A stretch of DNA of 64,000 nucleotides from assembly GCA_900617105.1 (NCBI GenBank), contig UYFQ01000349.1, forward strand, positions 62,001 through 126,000. The letters are read 5' to 3'. Of this stretch, positions 59,661 to 64,000 are shown one piece after another; position 1 is the first letter of the stretch; each line of letters begins with the position of its first letter. Below the pieces are notes generated by a model. That model had not been told where the DNA came from and made no database searches. It worked only from the letters and a program-made list of their open reading frames with translations. Source of the DNA: Hydrurus foetidus (Eukaryota). Both the position numbers and the translations under genes were made by a program.

Positions 59661-59920
59661 TTCGCGGCACGGCACTCCCCCCACCCATGGAGACGCTCTG
59701 GCGATTCTTTACAACATAATTCCTTGCAACTTACAGTAGCATGTGACAACTGTCGAGCCTCTCTCGATTCTCGATGGCAGAACGGCAGAACCAGAACAAG
59801 CGGGTACCGTATGTTTTAGCTGTACGTTGTGTCCGTAGACCGTATAGTCCGTAGTGTATACTTGACCCTTGACCCCCTGTAGTTATCCTGCACGCGCAAT
59901 TCAGTGTGACTCATATCGTT

Positions 59921-59956
59921 CTATTCATGTTGACAATAGCTATTCATGTTGACAAT
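59921..59956. repeat. Short tandem duplication (ctattcatgttgacaat x2) in the divergent carrier/MDH intergenic region
   Basis: Direct reading. Confidence 0.7.
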
Positions 59957-60453
59957 GCTACAGACGGAGTGGTGACGAGTTCCAACCTAAGCATGGATTT
60001 ACGATGCCACTCAACGCCACGTATTGATATTTCGATTATCAATAATTGGTCATAGAAGTTACCGTGTATTATCATAAAATAACGCAACATGTTTAACTCT
60101 GCTAGTCATAGCTGAAAGTTGCGGATAATTCAGAGCAGCAGCAGAAAATTGCGTAGATTCTTATGAGCTGCCAGCTTGGGTCAAGACTCAAGAGAGAACA
60201 CCTATCACATCTCACATCTGCTGTCTGTTGAATGTGAAGACCCTGGACCCTACTCTTCCAACTTCCAACCGGAAATACCGAGAGAAAATTTCGACGAACA
60301 AAACAGTAGAGGTGGAGTGGGTCAACTTATATCTCCACGCGTACACAGTCTAGTCCTTCCATTGTTCCATAAACTTCCTCATCTCTCAAGTAAACCGCAA
60401 CCAAATCTCTCTAAGGAACTGAGAAGCTATCCACCGTCGCAAATTTTAATAAA

Positions 60454-62740
60454 ATGTTTACAACTGTGTCACGTACCGTCTCAAGATCTGGAGTTAGAAA
60501 CTTCAAGGTCGCAGTTCTAGGAGCCAGTGGAGGCATCGGGCAGCCTCTTTCACTACTCCTGAAGTTAGACACTCAAGTCACAGAGCTTGCACTGTTCGAT
60601 GTTGTGAGAACTCCTGGCGTTGCCGCTGACGTCGGTCACATCGCGACACCTGCCAAGGTACATGAAACTCGAGACTAGGATTATCGCTGAAGCTCGTAGC
60701 AGATAGCACAACTGGAGCCTTATATAAATTCTTCTGATCAACGCGGAGACACATTTCCTACCAATTGCAGACATGAACCACCATCTTACAAATCAACAAC
60801 AAAACTGTGTGAAAAGGTCACAGCCGCCAATGGCATGGAGGAGATTGGAAACGCTTTGAAAGGATGCAAAGTAGTTGTTATTCCTGCCGGTAAGTTGTGA
60901 TGTGTTTGCAACCAAGCCAAATCTGAACGAAACTATAAAATTAATTTGCAATCGCTCGCGTAATTTTAACTGTTGATCTCTCGTAGATGAGCCGTACAAT
61001 CTAATTATTTGCCCTTAATTCGATGTCTGCATCCTTTAAGGCGTACCAAGAAAGCCAGGAATGACCCGTGACGACCTTTTCAATACAAATGCCGGCATCG
61101 TATCTGGACTTGCTGAGGCCTGTGCAGCACACTGTCCTGATGCGATGTTTTTGATCATAGCCAACCCTGTCAACTCCACCGTGCCAATCTTCGCAGAAGG
61201 TATCACATGAGTCACCCTGCACACCTTCATCGCATTACATGCTATAAACTAATTACCCTGCACTTCTCCCAATGCTTATTGAAAAATACGTGAGCTACCA
61301 AAATTGATTTATTTCTGATTATTTTTTCAGTCCTGAAGAAGCACAACGTCTACAACAAGAAGCACCTTTTCGGAATCACCACACTCGATGTCGTACGTGC
61401 CAATGCCTTTGTCGCTGACAATCTTAAAATCTCTCCCATTGGAATGGAAAGTGTAACGGTCGTTGGTGGCCATGCTGGAACAACAATCCTCCCATTGCTC
61501 TCTCAAGGTAACTAATTGTTCTGACTGCAAGAAGTGTTACACAGCATTGATCATTTATCAAATATGAAGCTTTTTCTTGATGTCCGACTGTTATTTGATA
61601 TCAACTCCAAACATAAACTATGTCTTCGACAGAACTTCGCCTCACCTCCTCTCCCCCATTTCTCTCTTTCCCTCTCCGTTTCTCCCTTCCCTCTCCCCCC
61701 CCCTCTCACACACATACAGTGAAGAACGGCAACTTCTCTGACGCGGACATCAAGGCACTGACCCACAGAATCCAGTTCGGAGGGGATGAAGTCGTTCAGG
61801 CTAAAGATGGCGCCGGATCCGCCACACTGTCTATGGTAAGCACTTCACAATTCACTACAATTTACCAATGATATTTTGAGAGGAGTATAGCAGGGAAAAT
61901 CGGCGCCGGGGTTGGGGTTGAGATACAGATTTGATCCAATATTCCCCATCTGATAAGAATTGCAGTTTAATTATCTCTTCATGATAGAGGAGCATTTGTG
62001 GCAACTGTTCTGCCGCATCGTAGAGCACGTTCAATTCATTGTGGATGTCTACCCTCCATTAACTGCATCTCAATCAGCCACTCACCTTGAGCACCATTGC
62101 AATACATCTCTTTCTTAATTGCAGGCACATGCCGGAGCTTACTTCACCAACCGCCTCCTGTCCGCCATGTCAGGCAAGACAGGCATTGTGGAGTGCGCCT
62201 TCGTGGAGAACTCCCTCACAGCTGCACCATTCTTCTCCTCAAGAGTAAGTACTCTTTCCACATCGTACATATTACACCACTTTTTAATTTTTTACCCACC
62301 TATTTTCACTAAGACCGTTCCTTACGGCACGAGTTCAGGATCTGGGATTTCGTAAAATCACCCTATGGGGCGGAAAATACGTGAATTTTTCCAGAACTCA
62401 AAAACTCAGAACTCGAGTTCTGGAAAAACAGGGCCATTTTTCCAGAACTCGAGTTCTGAGTTTTTGAGTTCTGGGAATTTTCAAATTCCAACCCCGACCT
62501 ATTTTCAGGAACGGTCTGATGCCTCTATCCCCTATCTAGTTTTCACTTTTTACATCCGGTTCTGACCTTTCTTTATCCGGTTGAATGTAGGTTACTCTCT
62601 CAGCCGCTGGAGCCGCAGAAGTTCACCCAATCGGAACACTTTCCGCAGCAGAGCAAAGCACACTTGACGCAATGATCCCTGACTTAGTTTCTCAAGCAAA
62701 GAAAGGCGTGGAATATGTTGAGAAGAACGTCAAGAAGTAA
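60454..62740 (+). CDS. MDH2: Mitochondrial NAD-malate dehydrogenase, 7 exons
   Basis: Presequence [105 protein letters not shown]; stop TAA at 62738-62740. Confidence 0.98.
62312..62517. mobile_element. MITE-like element with 11-bp terminal inverted repeats and an internal palindrome, in the last MDH intron
   Basis: TIR agaccgttcct...aggaacggtct; internal arms ccagaactcaaaaactcagaactcgagttctggaaaaa / tttttccagaactcgagttctgagtttttgagttctgg. Confidence 0.7.
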
Positions 62741-63047
62741 AAGCGTTTGAATTCAAATGGGCGAGGAACATACTTTTTGCGATAAAATCCTGAAAAATAT
62801 TTGAAGATTGCTGTGAAATTTTCGTTCTGAAAATATGTCATCTGTACAAAATGCTTTGATTTACGTATTGTATTTATATTACAGTAATAGACAAATAAAC
62901 CTACGATTTGCCAAGATGAACTCTGAGGAGGCGAAGAGTGACGTAAAAATATTTTTGAAAACCATTTTCTATTTGTTTTCTCCACAATCTAAACAGATAC
63001 AGAGGTCAATCTCGCGAACAATAGTGTTCATCACATCGTGTCATGTG

Positions 63048-64000
63048 TCATGAGACGCACTTCAGTAAAAACGGTTTTACATGATTTTTCACTAAATCTT
63101 CAGCACAGCCCCAAGAAAGTGTTACACCCGACCCCCCGTGTCCATAACAATGACACACTAAAACTTCAGGGCTCGTACCATTTTTGGGTGTAATCTCACT
63201 GCTTAGACGAAGAGGCACTCTACTTGGTCGTAGACCCACCCACACATTATCCTGCAGTATATGATAAGAAACGGAATACTCAGCAAATCAGTGCATGCTG
63301 TAGTTTCATTTAGAAGATGGTCAGAAAATTCAGATTTCATAGTTGTAAATTGAAATTCATAAGATTCAGAACATACCACTGGAGCTTGAATTAGAGATGG
63401 AAAGCGTTCACATATGTCTCCCATAATTTTCTTGGTGTCATCGATAGACTCTGTTAGATTCCAATCATCTTCTTGAGCAGAACCTCCGCACACAATAGTG
63501 TCCATATTAGGTATTATGTAACTCGTGTTCCAGAACCAAATACATTGCATCAGTGGTGCCCTTATAAAAAATTTAAGAGTGACAACTGATTTGAAGCAAT
63601 GCAATACGGTAATTTGAATATTCTGGAATGTTATTCTCAAATGTGCTCAGATTCGTACCGTATTCGTACAACTTGACCTCGAATTGATTTGCAGACATTA
63701 TTGTCACCAGAAACTTTGCTGCCCTGGATACCACAACAGTTGACGACAACATTGAATTCACCATGGCAAACATCATCCACAGATTCGACTTTCTTATGTC
63801 TGAATTCCACTCCTAATTTGACAAGTCGTTCCTTGAGATATTTTAGGTAGTAACTTTGATCCACCGTAAAAGACTTGAAAGTAAGTCCTCCAACGAAATT
63901 ACCAATAGGATAAAGACTTGCCGAGGGCACCAAATTTTCAATATCTGCTAAATCGTTTGCAGTTAAAACCCTAAAGTCGGTGACAATGTGCTTCCATGAG
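63048..64000 (-). CDS. DAO: D-amino-acid/D-aspartate oxidase, 3' part (continues beyond the window)
   Basis: [50 protein letters not shown]. Confidence 0.9.

Overview
Eukaryotic nuclear DNA using the standard code with GT-AG introns. It is most consistent with an ochrophyte stramenopile, possibly a chrysophyte (inference from signal peptide + Phe plastid presequences and a plant-like cryptochrome). Recognisable genes: Ubc6/UBE2J-type E2, GT31/Fringe-like glycosyltransferase, mitochondrial Lon, Mdm35/TRIAP1, Nup85, prefoldin 3, a cryptochrome/photolyase, a SAM-type carrier with a plastid presequence, mitochondrial malate dehydrogenase and a partial D-amino-acid oxidase. There are also three large low-complexity or coiled-coil orphan genes and two small single-TM ORFs. 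Most unusual: (1) a head-to-head pair of PNRC/Edc1-motif genes whose 3' halves form 590-bp, ~99% identical inverted arms around a 1-kb spacer carrying diverged N-termini; (2) a 7-exon, apparently plastid-targeted coiled-coil protein with a PD-(D/E)XK nuclease-like motif visible only after splicing; (3) a Ubc6 with a possible signal peptide; (4) several ~180-200 bp foldback MITE-like elements, one family present twice. All calls were made by eye; no searches were run.
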